A stretch of DNA of 64,000 nucleotides from a virus, in the IMG/VR virus record IMGVR_UViG_3300049043_000117, positions 1 to 64,000 of that record; one strand, 5' to 3'. Position numbers and translations under genes: made by a program. The notes beneath the pieces were generated by a model. The model searched no databases. It saw only the letters and a list, made by a program, of their open reading frames with translations, and had not been told where the DNA came from. Numbering within the stretch: position 1 is the first letter of the stretch; each line of letters starts with the position of its first letter. Shown one piece after another: positions 47,184-61,345 of the stretch.

Positions 47184-50100
47184 TCAATTAGATAGTTTTT
47201 TGTTTATTTCAGAAATTTCATCTTTAATTTCTTTGATTGCTTCGATTATTAAAGCAACTAAGTTACCATAAGCAATAGACTTATAATCGGAAGAATCATT
47301 ATAAACAACTTCTGGTACAATTTCTTCAACCTCTTAAGCAATTAAACCAATTTTTTTATATCCATTAGATTTTAACGTGTATTCAACTCCCCTCAGGTTT
47401 AATAACTTATCGAGAGAATTCTCTAAAGATTTAATATTGTCTTTTAACCTAAAGTCGGAAGTTTCTGTAATTGAAACTGCAGTCAGTGTTGCACCAACTG
47501 ATACGTTACCAACAAATGAAGCTCTGTTACTAAGTTATATGCAGAACCATTACCAATTAAAATTGCTCCGTTTGCAGGTAATCCTGTTTGACCAGTACCA
47601 CCTCTATTAAGTGGAATCGTACCCGTATGATTCGCTGCAGATAGATAATATGCGCCCGTCTGGCCACCTAACGTTGCTGCGTTCTACGTCTCCAGTTGCA
47701 GAACTCTTAATACTTACAAGCGCCATCATCGCCAATCGCAAACGTAGACGTTTTGAACTAGCGAACACCAGTTGTAGAATGAGTATCAATAGTTGCAGCG
47801 ACTTTATTTGCAGTTAATGTAATATTCCCAAAGTGAGTTGCAAATCCAACACCAAAATTAGAACTTGAAGCAGTGATTCCAAATGGTTGAGTCGATGCAA
47901 TACCAACCGAAGTAACTACTTTTTGATAAGAAGAATTGCCACTAAGAAATGTATCAGAGTTTGCAGTACCAGAACCAAGTCTTGATGGATTAATGGTGCC
48001 GCTGATAAGTATCCTGGCAGGATCAATTTCATTACTTGCAAGTAAAGACCAGTTGGTGATGTCGCTCGATGATGTATTTACTGTATATTGATATCTTACA
48101 TTTTGTTTAGTAAATGTAATTCTACCACTTCCAGTTTCTGCAATACCTACTGCATTAAATGTGACACCACTTGCAGAAGATGTTGCGTCACTTTGGGTGA
48201 GTGTAATGTAAACGCATTTTGAGTAACGGAACCAACATAATAGAATGCTCCAGTATCAATACCAACAGGAGTATTTCCGGTAACTCTTACTGGATCTCCA
48301 GTTACAAATCCATGGTTTACAAACTGAATTGTATCTTTTGCAGTAGAAACCCCACATCTTATTAAATTATGTGTTCCAATTCCACTACCAGATAAATCTT
48401 GTCTGGAAACAAGAGCATATGTAGAATGAAGTTCAACTGAAGAAATGCCAACAGTTTTTATATAATATGATGTATTCTCAAGAATTCCAGAAACGTTTGT
48501 CCCTCCATTGATAGTGTATTTTACAACATCACCATTAACAAAAGTATGGCCAGCACCGACTACAATTCTATCATTAACGAAATCTACATTTCCACCAGTA
48601 TCAATTGTAGTAGGATCAAAACTATATGATACATCTAAATTTAATGTAGTACCTATTCCAACTGCATTTGAATCTGCAATATAATCCCGGCAATGATACA
48701 CTACCTGCAAATTTTTGACTATTGGTTAATTTTAAGTACAATCGAGTTTCAACATCGTTTACTGTAGCAGTAGAAGCACTACCTCCAGATCTTCCACCAA
48801 GAGCACTATCTATGGCAGTAAGAATATTTCCATTCGCATAATAACGACCGCCAGTTTTAATATTAACCGAAGTTACCGTTCCAGAAGTACACGAACAGTA
48901 ATTTCAGTTAGACTGATGTACCAATTCCTGTAGTGGATTGCAAGAAACATGTGTAAATTCCAGGTGTTGAATAACCAGATCCTCCAAGTGTAATTGCAGT
49001 TCTCAAGAAGAACTCCCTTAACTAATCCAGTAGTGCCATAACCAACATATGCTTGAACCGAAGTTCCAATTCCAACTCCTGTTGGCGGCGCGTTACGACA
49101 CCAATAGCAGCAGCGGCAAGAGAACTAATTACAGTATTTCCATTTGAAAATCCATAATTTGTTGTGTCGCTATCTAGAATAAGATATTGTCCAACTACAT
49201 CTTGAATAAGGACGTAAGATAAATCTGGTTCAACAACAGTATCTCCATTTCGAATATCAATTGCCGGTATTTCATTTACAAGGACTGTTCTACCATTACC
49301 AACATTGGTTCTGTTATAGTTAACAACTTTTGGTGGGATAAGATCTGCGTTAATTTGCCCAGAAGAATTGAGTTGAACAACAGGATTTGGAACAGCGTTT
49401 TGTGATACTGATTTATCAATAAATGTTCCAAGTCTATTCGAAAGGAAACTTCTAATAGCTGAATTGCGTTGGAACTCTTTTATTAAGTGGTCCACCAAGT
49501 TCGGATTCTCCCAGATTAGTGTCAGTTGAAAACTCTTCGAATAGGCAACTCCACCAGAAAGAGTTAATCGAATTGAATCAAGTTCTCCAATAGATACTTT
49601 GTTGTTAAAGACAATATTACCAGTTCTATTAAATGCAGTAATCTGACTTCCAATCTTAAAGTCTCCCAGTTCGTTAGTACCAGAAGCATAAACACGACCA
49701 CCTAATTCCGATACCTGTTCAGTAGCAGGATCAGACTTACCACCATTTTGTGGAAAGCATTGTAGTCTGTACCAGATCCAGAATATTCCCAAGTATGTGA
49801 AGATGAGTTAACAATTGAAGGTCTATGTAGATTACATTTATAAGTAACCGGCAAACTTCCAATACCCTGAATTACGTTTCCCTCAGTGGTAGAATTAACT
49901 TTAAATTCAATTGTCCTAAATGTTGTAATTCCTGCTACTTGAGTAACTCCAATCGCAATTGGAGACGCACTGTGATCTATGATATTTCCACCAGTAGTAG
50001 AGAAGAATCTTCTTGTTCCTCCAACTTGTTCTACAGAAACTATAAGTGATCTCGAAGTATTATGATATGTTAGTGCATAACCAGTTGCAGTTCCTCCCGT

Positions 50101-53100
50101 TACAGATTGTGTAATTTCTTGACCAGCATTAAATCTTGCTGTGGAACCAATACCAGCAAGAGTTAATGCTTGATAAGAGTTATGTGAAGATATAATCTCA
50201 TCTACAATAAACTCTTGGTTATTTTTTTGGAAAGTATTAATACCAGTTGAGACCGACGTTAAATCTATGGGTCTTCTAAATGAATCGTCTTCAAATAGTT
50301 TAAATGAACTTGCATTAATGTATTCAACGTAATATGTGTTACCATTCACAAGGCCACCAATTACAATTGGCGGCTCCTGCTTGTTCATTTCCAATATAAA
50401 CAACACTATCCGAATCTGCAAATGGATGTCCAGCAATGGTAATTACGTTGGTAGTAGTATTAACTCCCGTTGAGGGGTTTACTGTAGCTTCTTGTACAAG
50501 TGGTTTAAATAGACTTGTTCTGTCTATGTTACTATTATCTAAAAATCTTAAAACATATAGATCCTGATCTGTTCTACCAACACCGATAACTTTGAGAGTT
50601 TGTAATCCACCAGAAGTACCAGTAGCAGCAAATACGTCCTTTATCAAAGGAGAACGCATTTGGAGAGAATCCTGTCGCTCTAAAGCTAATAGATCCGAAG
50701 TTTGTTGCCGAGTTTGTAATTGATAGATATCCTCCAGACTGTGCAAGAGATCCATAACGGCAGAAAATCTGGAAACAGGAAACAACCTGAGAATATCCAT
50801 CATTAATTACACGCCAACCAATACCATCGAAAGAAATCATGGTAAAGGTTGCAGCAACCATTGATTTACCAAACTCTGGAATATCTCCACTGACAGGATT
50901 TTCAGTGAGAAGTTGAACTGCAGGAACGTTTGGTGAAATTACCTTATCACCATCTACAAGAATACCATTACCGCCCAAACTGGAAAGAATGGTGCAGTTC
51001 TGAATATACGGAGACTTGAAAATTTGTGGTTTACTTAATATAACTGTTCCGCCTATTCAGGAACATAATAATGTGGAATATTTGTCTTTTGTCCACGAAT
51101 CGTAAAAATATTTGTGGCAGCAACTGAAACAACACCAAAATCTCTTACCCACTTTGATGCAACTCTGGATAAAGTTGTATTTTTTGAATTGTTGGGACTT
51201 TTTGCACAGTTGGAACTTTTTTCGCAGTTCCACCACTTACATACGAATGAACAATTGTAGAAACACCGACATTGACTGTGAATGTGGTTGAGTTATCTAC
51301 ATTAGAAACTCTAAAGGTATATCCATAAGGGCTTGTTCCATCTGGGAAGATGGTTGTAGTGATGCCAGAACCACCTGGGCAAGTAAATGCAAGTCCAGTA
51401 AGGGTTACATAATCTCCTGCAACTAATCCATGTGCAGACAGCCGACGCAAGTGGCAACACCAGTTGAATTTGTATAAATGAATGTGGAAACTCCATACAG
51501 CACCATAACCAGTATAAGTATGGGCAATGGTAGAGATGCCTGCATTAAATGTGAAGGTATTTGTTGTTACTCCAGTAACTGTAAATGTATATCCATCAAC
51601 ATTAGTTGAAGTAATTGTCCCATCAGGGAAAATTGTGGTTGTTACTCCAGCACGTTGTGCAGCACAAGAGAATGGTAGATCTCTTAGAGTGATCTTATCG
51701 TCTGACTTGATAACCATGATTTTCTCTAGTCGGTAGCAGTAGAAACTCCAGTTGCGCTTGTGTAGACAAAAGTGCTAATTCCTAAATTTTGCCAACCAAC
51801 ATACGTGTGTGGAATGGTGCTGACACCACCTTGAATAGTAATAGTTTTTGCAGCAGTATTAACTCCAATAATTGGATAAATTGCTCCATAACCTTGTTCA
51901 TCTAATCCAAAATATGGGAAGATGGTTGTAGTCACTCCTGCATGTTCCGATGTACATGCAAATGGAAAGTTATAAAGGAATAGTTTTTCTCCAATAATAT
52001 AACTTCCACCATTACGTGTTCTATTTGGTGCAGAACGAAGTGTTAATGTGGAAACACCAACTACGTTATTATATCTAATACTTGCAATACCAGTTTCATC
52101 ATAACCACAAGTCCAACCAAGTCCAGGAAGTCTTACGGTATTTCCTGGATATAATTCATGATGCATTAGAAGTAGTTATTGTTGTGATTCCCGTAGATCC
52201 TTCATATACTGCTCCAATAATGTTTATAATTGAAGTTGCTGCATATCCAGTTCTATTTAAATTTGTATTAAATGGTTCGTCAAAAGAAATTGTATAGTTC
52301 CATGTGTGTTGAGGAACCTTTGAATTTGGATTAATATAGTCAGTAAAAGTTAATCCTGTAATATAGTTACCATTTCTTATTTTAAAGAAGTCTACGCCCG
52401 CATTTAATGGTCTTACAACAACATTTCTCAGAGAATCAGCAATAATATTAACATTATCATAAAGAATAATTGGGTTGTCTTCAATATAGTCACCAGATTC
52501 TACGAGAAATTGTAGCACCAGTGTTAAAGTAGAATCCTAAAAATGACGTCCATTTGAGCTGCTTTTTTAATACTTTGTACAGGAAGAGTTCTACCATCAT
52601 TATTGTCATTACCGAGCAGCTCGGGAGACTCTTACAATTACTCTAGAACCAGTGCCTCCACCAGTACTAAATCCAAGATTTCCATTACCATCTGTAGTTA
52701 TAACTTGTCCGTTTAATCCATCTTGCGTTGGATATTTTAATCCATTTATTGTAGCAATTCCTGTTACTCTTAAATTTTCATTAATAATATTTTTTAGCTA
52801 CTAGAGTTGTTTGATTTGCAGGAATTCTTCTTACGGAAACTGCAGTTGAATTGGGAATAGTTCCTTGATATGTTGAAGAAACTCCGATAGTTAAAGAACT
52901 TACTGTATTAGTAACTGTAGAAATACTTACACTTGTATTCTGCGGAATTTGAACAGTCAGAGTAGAACGCATATCCAATTAAAACCGCATCATAAACTAA
53001 AAATGTAGGTCTAGAAATATTAACTGATGTATTAATTGGTAAAACTGTTCCAATTCCGCTGGAAAGAGTTATGGAATCTTTACCAAATCTAACAGTGCCA

Positions 53101-54307
53101 ATAGAAACTGTTGTTCCAGAATTAATGCTATCTGCAGGCGAACGTTTACAACAACAGAATTAGTATTTACTTCCAGAAATACGGGAATTATTAAAAATGT
53201 AGTAACTCCGTAAGCTGTGTACAAGCTCACTGGAATGAAAACCGAGTTACCAACAGAAACGTTGGTAACAGAATTTAATGGGACAATTGTAGTCTGCAGA
53301 GGAAACAATAGTTGATGTATTTGCTGTTAAAATACCAACATTGTATCCGTCAACAGTTGTTGTACCAACCAATTAAGTTGATCTATTATACAGTCAATAC
53401 GGATAATGAATCTCCTGGCAGAAACATTTGCAGTTGACGCTACTCTATAATAGTGTCACTAATTGATGTAACTCTTTGAATTGTTGTTGTTAAAACGGAA
53501 TTATTAACTAATGGTCCAGATACAGTAGTAAATCCAACAATTGGAGTTTTATTTGTCGATAAAACAGAAACAGTATATGATATAGAATTTCCAACAGAAA
53601 CTCCACTGATGCTTGAGAGAACAATTATAGTAGATCCTATGGATACCGTTGTAGCGATTGTTGGACTTAAAATAGTAAGATCAATTGGAGATGTTGATGT
53701 AGTCGTTCAAGGCCGAGATTGCTGAAGCCGTTCATACTGTAAGTTCCGATACTTACAAAATCTCCGGCTTTAAACGGCAAGAGTTGATAAAACAGGAATT
53801 ATAGTTGAACCTGTAGACACAGTTCCTACTGTTGTTGTATATTGAGACTAAATGTTGTTACTCCAAATCCAGTAATGTCTAATTTATTTACAACTAACGT
53901 TGGGGCTTGTAAAAGTTCTGTGGCTGACAATCTAGTTGCACTAATAATTCCAGTACTACCAGAAACCGTAATAGCAGAACCAACTCTAACTATATCATTT
54001 GATCCATCAAAAGTTATAGTGCCTTGTCCTACAGATAATATTCCTGTAACTCTAGCATTTCCAACAAAAAGAGAATCGCCAACTACATGTAACGGTTTTT
54101 GTGCATTTGTAGTTCCAATCCCGATTGCAAGTTTGTTAGTTATTGTTTGTGCAGCACCAACACCAACTAAGTAATTTCCTCCTGATGTAGAACCATCATG
54201 AACAACCGCAACTTTAAGGTCTGTATCTACTGTTACTTCTGCTAAAGCGCCGTAAAACCTGAATGTCTAGTTGTTGTACCTCTTCTTAACTGTACCTGCT
54301 TAGTCAT
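47184..54307 (-). CDS. Giant tail fibre (~2350 aa) with Mtd_N-like N-terminus, internal TTTIFP repeats and C-terminal S74 intramolecular chaperone
   Basis: MTKQVQLRRGTT..H...EVTVDTDLKVAVVHDGSTSGG; three C...G(V/I)TTTIFP repeats; C-terminal SDFRLKDNI...LRGV...IGLIA-EVEEIVPEVV...IAYGNLVALIIEAIKE. Continuity across frameshifts is inferred. Confidence 0.75.
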
Positions 54308-54350
54308 GGAAATACTTAATGACGGTTTACCTTCTTCATTTATTTATACT

Positions 54351-57300
54351 TTAAATTATACAAACATAGGTTCTTGGTATCTGGAATGGATTATTAATGA
54401 TAAGTGAAGAAATTGGTTGAATGTAAATCGTTCCAACTCCAGTATAAGTAGATTTTGTGAACGATTCCAAGCCAGAAGAAAATGCGAAAAGACTTCCAAG
54501 AAGCATCATTATATATTCTTGTAATCGATTCATTAGAAGATCCAAGAATATTAATAGTACCAAATCCAATCCGGAAGATGGAATAAAACTAATATTTGGA
54601 GGAATAAGTTGCCCAGAAAGAGATATAACTCCCAAACCAACCTGAGTATACGCTGCCGGTTTCAGATGTAATCGCGGATCCATTAATTGTAAATAGACCA
54701 ATACCAACAAGTTGATATTCAAATTCTACAGATGTTACTGCAGATCCAGAAAGTTGAAGTATGATTGTAGATTCTGGAGTCTGTGCAGAGTAAGACTCAG
54801 ATCTACCAGATAATGTAAATAGAGTTCCAGATCCGACATAAACATCTCTTTCACTGTAAGAAGAACTGGTTGCAATAAATACCGTTCCAATTCCAGACTC
54901 TGAGTGACCAAGTTTAATATCTTGATACGTTCCAGATAATGTATAAATGCCCGATGCAAATTTAGTGTATAGAGCAGTTTTTGTATCAATCGCGTTTCCA
55001 CTAATATTATAAAGAATAGTATTTTCTGGGGAGTTCGCAATGAAACTTACATACGCAGAATTTCGATAATCACAGGTAAGTTGTTCACTATCGCAAGTAT
55101 CATAAATTTGATCTGAAGTGTACTTAACAAATCTAAACGTCCCACTTCCTTCATGCGCTGCTGAGAAGTTTATGTTTGCAGTTCCACTAAAGTCAATTGA
55201 TCCAGAGCTGGAATAAGACTTAACAAGTTTTTCATCACTTGCAGCTGCCAGAGAACTGATATAAGACAGTGTTTTCTGGAGTTTGTGCAATGAAAGATTC
55301 CTGAGTACTTCCAGAAACGGTGAAGAGTTGAGTCGTGCTTGTAGATTGTATTATTAATGACTCGGATACTCCACTTCGAGCACTTATTCTTCCAGTTCCT
55401 TCATAAGCATCCGTTTCTGTAGTGATAGCTTCAGAGTATATAAATTCACTTGAAACTATCATCGAATCCTACCGTATCATCATCAAATGTTAACGAATCA
55501 TCTCCAAGAGATTGTGTTATTACTTCATACTTACCTAAGTGAATAGTGTCACTTTGGTTAAATACGATTTTGTATCTCTTCTGGTAATATTTCCAGATAA
55601 TGTAATGGTTCCAAATCCAACTGCAGTATAAACTGCAATTTCTCTTGCCGAAGCAATACCAGAAATTGTGAAGAGTCCAGTTCCAATTTCAGTTGTTGGT
55701 GTGAAACTTTCATTAGCACCAATTTCCACTCCATCGAGATTACCATTGGCCAGCCGTACCAATACCAAGAATATAAATTGTACCTTTTGCACTAACAGGT
55801 AAAGTCGCTCTATTAGAATGTTATTTGATTGTCATCATTAATCCTAATGGTTCCAATTCCAGATCCTGGAACACCAGAATTTCTTGGATATATTGGAGAA
55901 TAATAATTTGTAAGAGCAACTCCAGAAGATATATTTAATGTTCCCTGAGCAATATACGTTGATCTTGTGTAACTCCAAGATCTACCAATTCCTGCACCAG
56001 GTAACCAAGGATATGATTCTTGTGGACTAAATCCATTAACAACAGAAATTGATCCCGTACCCCTGGATATACGTTGTGCGGAATCATCAACTGCCACCAG
56101 AAATTTGAATACCAGTTGTTCCAACACCAATATTTTTCTCAATACCATAATGCGGAGTATAGTCTATTTGTGGGTGATTAAGTTCTCCAGAGAAAGTGAA
56201 TAATTGAGTATTTGTTGGTATTTGAGCAGAGAATAACTCTAAAGATGTTCCAGAAAGAACAATTATTCCAGATCCAACATATGTTTCTTGATCTGATTCT
56301 AGGAGCTGCATCGGAAATCAATATTGTTCCGAGACCAACGTATACTTCTGTATCTTTTTCTAAACTGTATCTGAAGCAAAAATAGTTCCGAGACCAATAT
56401 AAGAATCCGTTTCACTTTCAAGTATAGAACCAGAAATTTCAACATTTCCAATACCAACATAAGACTCGGTATTTTTTTCTATTGCAGATCCAGAAATAGT
56501 AATAGTAATATCATTTTCTGGCGATTAGAACTATAAACTTCAGCTAATTGTCCCGACAGAACAATTGTTCCAGATCCGACATACGTTTCTTGATTCGATT
56601 CTCAACTGCATCAGAAATGAATATCGTTCCGAGACCAACATAAGAATCTGTTTCACTATAAAGTGCATCACCATAAAAAGCGATAGTTCCACCACGTCTA
56701 CCGGTCTACACCAAATGCATCGGTTTCACTTTCAAGTGCAGTACCCGAAATAGTGATAAATCCACTACCAGTATATTTTGGTGTATAATCAACTTCTGGG
56801 TATACAAGAGGTGTACCAGAAATAGTAATTGTACCAAATGGATATAATATGGAAGGATTATCGTAAATAAACCCAGATTCTTCAGTATTTTCATTTTCAA
56901 TTTCGGATACAAATCCATAATCACTAGAGAGTTGTGTTGTAATAACACTCACATTACCATAATCAAATATTTGTTGATTTATAGTTAGAATTGAAGATTC
57001 ATTATAACTTCTAGTTCTTCTTTCAATTAAAGTTCCAGATTCAATTAAAGCACCAGAGGTTGGATTTGCGGAAACGAAGACTACATCCGCTGTGCCACTA
57101 ACATTGAGAGGTTCGTCTCCACCAGTAAATTCTGGTGTAAAATCAATAGTTGCAGAACCAGATATAAAAATAACACCAGTAAATATGATATTTTGAATAT
57201 AAGACTCTACGGAAGATCCAGAAACTATTAAAGTTCCAAATGGATATACATCGGATGAGGCAGAAAATGCAATAATAAATCCTTGATCTTCAGTTTGAGA

Positions 57301-60203
57301 ATGTATTTCACCTATTGATCCATAATCAGATTCAATTGTGTGTATAGACCCAATACTCTCATAGTCCGTATCACCTACGAAAAGTATTGAATTCTCATTA
57401 TAATCATAAGATATAGCTTCAGATTTTTCACCAGAACTAAAGAGAGTTCCATCAGTATTATCTGGACTATAAACAACTTTTACATCAGCAGTTGGTTCAT
57501 CCCCATAAATGTTAAGATTTATCCATTCTGTAACTGCTGATCCACCAAAGGTTAAAGATCCAAATGGAGTTAGTGTATTATTATTGACTACTAATCCATT
57601 ATCCTCTTCTCCTGTGTATGTTTCAAGAATTGATCCATAATCAATAGAAGAAGTTATTGCATCAACTATTAATCCATTGTTTTCATTAATAAGTGATAAA
57701 ACAGAATCCTTAGTGTAATCATAAGTTACAGATTCGTCTAGAGTACCTACATTAAATAAAGAACCAGATCCAATTTCAGAATAAATTACGGGAGAATCTG
57801 CACTAGATCCAGAAAGTAAAATATTAGATGTTTCAATTGCAGGAACATAAGTCGTTTTTTCAATTAAAGTTCCACCAACATTAATAATCAATTTATTTTC
57901 TGGAGTTTGCGATTCTAAAATTTCAAATCCAGATCCACTAACAGAAATTTCACCAAATGGATATAAATCTTCAGAAACACTAGGACCGACAATGAATCCA
58001 AAATCATCTGTTGTGGAGTAAATTTCTGTTATTACTTCGTAGTTTTCAGAATTCGTATGAGCGTCAGAAATTAATCCATAATTGGTATCACCTACGAAAA
58101 GTATTGAATTCTCATTATAATCATAAGATATACCTTCAGATTTTTCACCAGAACTAAAGAGAGTTCCAGAAGTATTATCTGGACTATAAACAACTTTTAT
58201 ATCGACTTTTACTGCATAGAAATTAATATCAATATATTCAGTAGTTCCTGATTCCATTTAAAGTTAAAGATCCGAAAGGAGTTAATGTAGAAGATATATC
58301 AAAAGATCCATATGTCTCAACTTGACTACTAATTTCAGTTACTAATCCAATGTCTTCAAATTCTGTCGCTCAAAACACTTATAAACCCATAATTAATGTT
58401 GGTAAACTCAAAAGTTGATTCTAAATTGTAATCATAAGTTATAGACTCAACTTTTTCACCAAAACTAAAGAGAGTTCCAGAAGTATTGTCTGGACTATAA
58501 ACAACTTTTACCTCGGACTTTTGGAGCATAGAAATTAACATTAGTATATTCAGTAATCGCGGATCCATTTAAAGTTAAAGATCCAAAAGGATTTAATCCA
58601 CCAACCTCAGCAAGAGTTTGATAATTTCTAAATTCTATAGGTTCATCAGATAATATCCCATAGTTATCAAAATCTACAGCACTAACAGATACTGTTCCAA
58701 AATCTTCTTGACTTTCGATAACCCTAGAGTCTAAATTATAATCATATGCAACAGACTCTATGTTGTTTCCAACATTAAATACTGTCGCTATATTTTACCG
58801 GAGGATATAAACTACACTATAATTTGCAGTAATATTATAAATTCCAACATCAATTGGGGGAACAATTACTGCGGATCCAGTTAGATCCAATAGATCCAAA
58901 TGGTTCAACAGAATTAAAAACTATTAGATCAAAATCTTCACTTCCAGATGTAATTTCATTTAATATCAGACCATAATCAAAAACCTCTGTTGGGGAATTT
59001 GTTATTAATTCATAAGAATCTGATACGAGGGGGTTATCCGAATCTTCATTATAGTCATATGAAATTTTTTCTGTACTTGTAACTATTAGTTCTAAATTAA
59101 TAGTTTCTTCTGGAGGATTATAACTTACAAATTCCGTTGCAGCAGATCCTAATAATTGTAGTTGTAATAAAGACTCTGGCGGATTATATGTAACTTTTTC
59201 AACAGAACTCCGTCTAAATATATCTCCAGAGAATAATTGAAAACTACTTTTTGAATTGACACTTCCTGATTCCAAATAAGGAAATTATCCCTGTTGATGA
59301 AGATGTGGTTTGTAATCTTTCTGTAGCTCCATTAATCTTCTTGCTCCTTCGTCGATGACATCAAATATATTTCCATAATTTTCTGTTTGAGTTACTCCTC
59401 CATCAATTTGTCCATTATTTTCGGAAGAAAACTCTACAATCGACTCTAAATTATAATCATAGGTTATTTTTTCTATGCAAATACCAGAAGATCCCGATTC
59501 AACCGAATCGGGAATATTTTGTTTTATAAGAAAACTAGAAGAAGATCCTGTTATTTGTAATTCACATAAAGATTCTGGCGGGTTATATACAACACCTTCT
59601 AATTTTTCGTTAGAAAAATTAAAAATTATTGTTGATCCTACATATTTTTTAATAACATCTACACTTCCACTAGAAGATGTTACTATAACTGAAAATTGCG
59701 ATCTATATTCGTAAGATATTTTTTCGGAATATTCTAATCCAGAACTAAATGTAAGTGGGCAATCCTACAACACCACCACTCCATATTTCTGGATATCCAG
59801 TTGTTTACCACTGAGAAATGTAATTATAGTTCATAATCGACCTCCACCAGAAACATCAGGTATTACTTTTCTTTTGAGGTCACCGGAAAAGTTGAAAAAT
59901 AATACTAAATCCAATCCATCTAAGAACAATCCCATAAAAAATAATTGATTTCAAATTAAGATCAATGTATTTTTTAAATATTGAAGTTTTTTTAGTATAC
60001 TTTGTTTTATTTCCAAATACTTTTATTGATCCAAATGGAATTAAAGTTTCATTGTGTGCAATTTCGTAATGATTTTCACTATCAACTGTGATATTAGTTA
60101 TATTTCCACAATCATCCGTCTCCCAAGAAGAATTTGTTATAGTGCCAAAATCTTCTTGAAAATAAGTATTAACCGTGGATGAATTATACTGATAGACATT
60201 CAT
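54351..60203 (-). CDS. Giant acidic repeat-rich virion structural protein (~1950 aa)
   Basis: Recurrent SYDYN, DYGxI, PFG and ExxTxxYVGxGTI motifs run through many frameshifted ORFs, from MNVYQYNSST to IPRTYVCII. Confidence 0.7.
56250..56800 (-). repeat. ~60-bp (20-aa) degenerate coding tandem repeats
   Basis: About 8 units such as ESETDSYIGLGTIF and ESDQETYVGSGII. Confidence 0.8.
57368..58510 (-). repeat. Near-identical internal duplications (57368-57481, 58085-58198, partial 58430-58509)
   Basis: KVVYSPDNT(D/S)GTLFS(S/F)GEK...YDYN three times; the first two copies are nearly identical at DNA level. Confidence 0.9.
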
Positions 60204-60232
60204 CTTGACACAACGATAAAAGACTCGATAAT

Positions 60233-60261
60233 AAAAAAGGGATTGTATTGATTACAATCCC
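60233..60261 (-). terminator. Rho-independent terminator
   Basis: Minus strand gggattgta-atcaa-tacaatccc-tttttt. Confidence 0.8.
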
Positions 60262-60291
60262 GAAAAATAGAATAATATATTTATTTATCAA

Positions 60292-61299
60292 TCAGTCAAG
60301 AGCAACATTGAGAGTGATCTTAATTTGGTCTCCGTTGTTTTGAATGCTGTAAGGACCGTTTGTAAATCTTTCAGCGATACATGATTGAACTATATAAAGT
60401 CGCAGTATTAAGTCCTACAGTTGAACTTAATCTTGGTGAAAGAGATGGAGTTGTATAGAATTCATTTGCATTTGGAACATTGAATACTGTATAAGTTCCA
60501 GATGTAGTTGTTGTGTTACCAGTTCCTGCTGCAATATAAAGTACATCTCCAGCTACTAATTGATGGCCAGTTGCGGAAATTTTAGAAAAACTAAATGTAA
60601 CACTTGGGTCTGTAGCAACCTGAATGTTATCAATCAAGGCTTTGTCTAAATAGATAACTTTTAGTGCTCTATCAATACCAATGACTTGAGTTGATGTTTG
60701 AATTCCAGCATTACCACCAACAATCATTCCGAGAGTTAAATCATCAACGGTTTGATCTGGATCGATTGTAATGTATTGATTCCCAACAACTCCAATTACT
60801 GGGTCAGTGTTGTCACCTTTAGATATGGTAGTTCCAATACCAACACTTGCATAATGAACTTTGCCCTGCACTGCGACCGGCATGTTGTTTGCACGAGTTA
60901 CGTAATAACCGTAAACATCGCCAGGTCTCCAGTGAATGTAAATGTTTGTTCAGGATAAGTTGCAGTGGTTCCAGAACCAACATTATTAATTCTCCAACGA
61001 GAACCATTAAGAAGAATGCCTGTTTGTGATGTATATGTTTGATCAGATCTGTTATTTACGCAATATGGATATCCTGTAGTTGGAGCAAATCCATATGCAT
61101 TAGTATTACCAACTCCATATGGTTCATAATAAGCAGCTGCGGAAGGAACATCCGATTCTGCTGGAGTCGTATTACTGGTGAAGAGTTTGAGAACAAGGTT
61201 TCTGGGAGATTGATCAGCTAAAGATGCAGTATGATTATTCTGAGCAATCAAATACCTTAGTGACTCAATTTCTCCAATATTAGGAACTAAAAGTGCCAT
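60292..61299 (-). CDS. Virion structural protein
   Basis: MALLVPNIGEIESLRYL...LVLKLF...ATYPEQTFTF...YAERFTNGPYSIQNNGDQIKITLNVALD. Confidence 0.75.
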
Positions 61300-61345
61300 T
61301 TAAACAACTCCTTACAACTTGGTGACGTTTGATAACTATCTTTAT

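Noticed and set aside
44905-47340. Stop-codon reassignment (TGA at a Trp position near 44909; TAA at a Gln position near 47335)
   Set aside because: These are isolated single-base changes; TAA, TGA and TAG all end genes normally elsewhere.
56250-56800. 60-bp periodicity resembling a CRISPR array
   Set aside because: The units are degenerate at DNA level and conserved as 20-aa protein repeats.
46214-58510. Diversity-generating retroelement (Mtd_N fibre plus near-identical repeats)
   Set aside because: No reverse transcriptase in the window. Both repeat copies are in-frame inside one gene, and the few differences are not adenine-specific.
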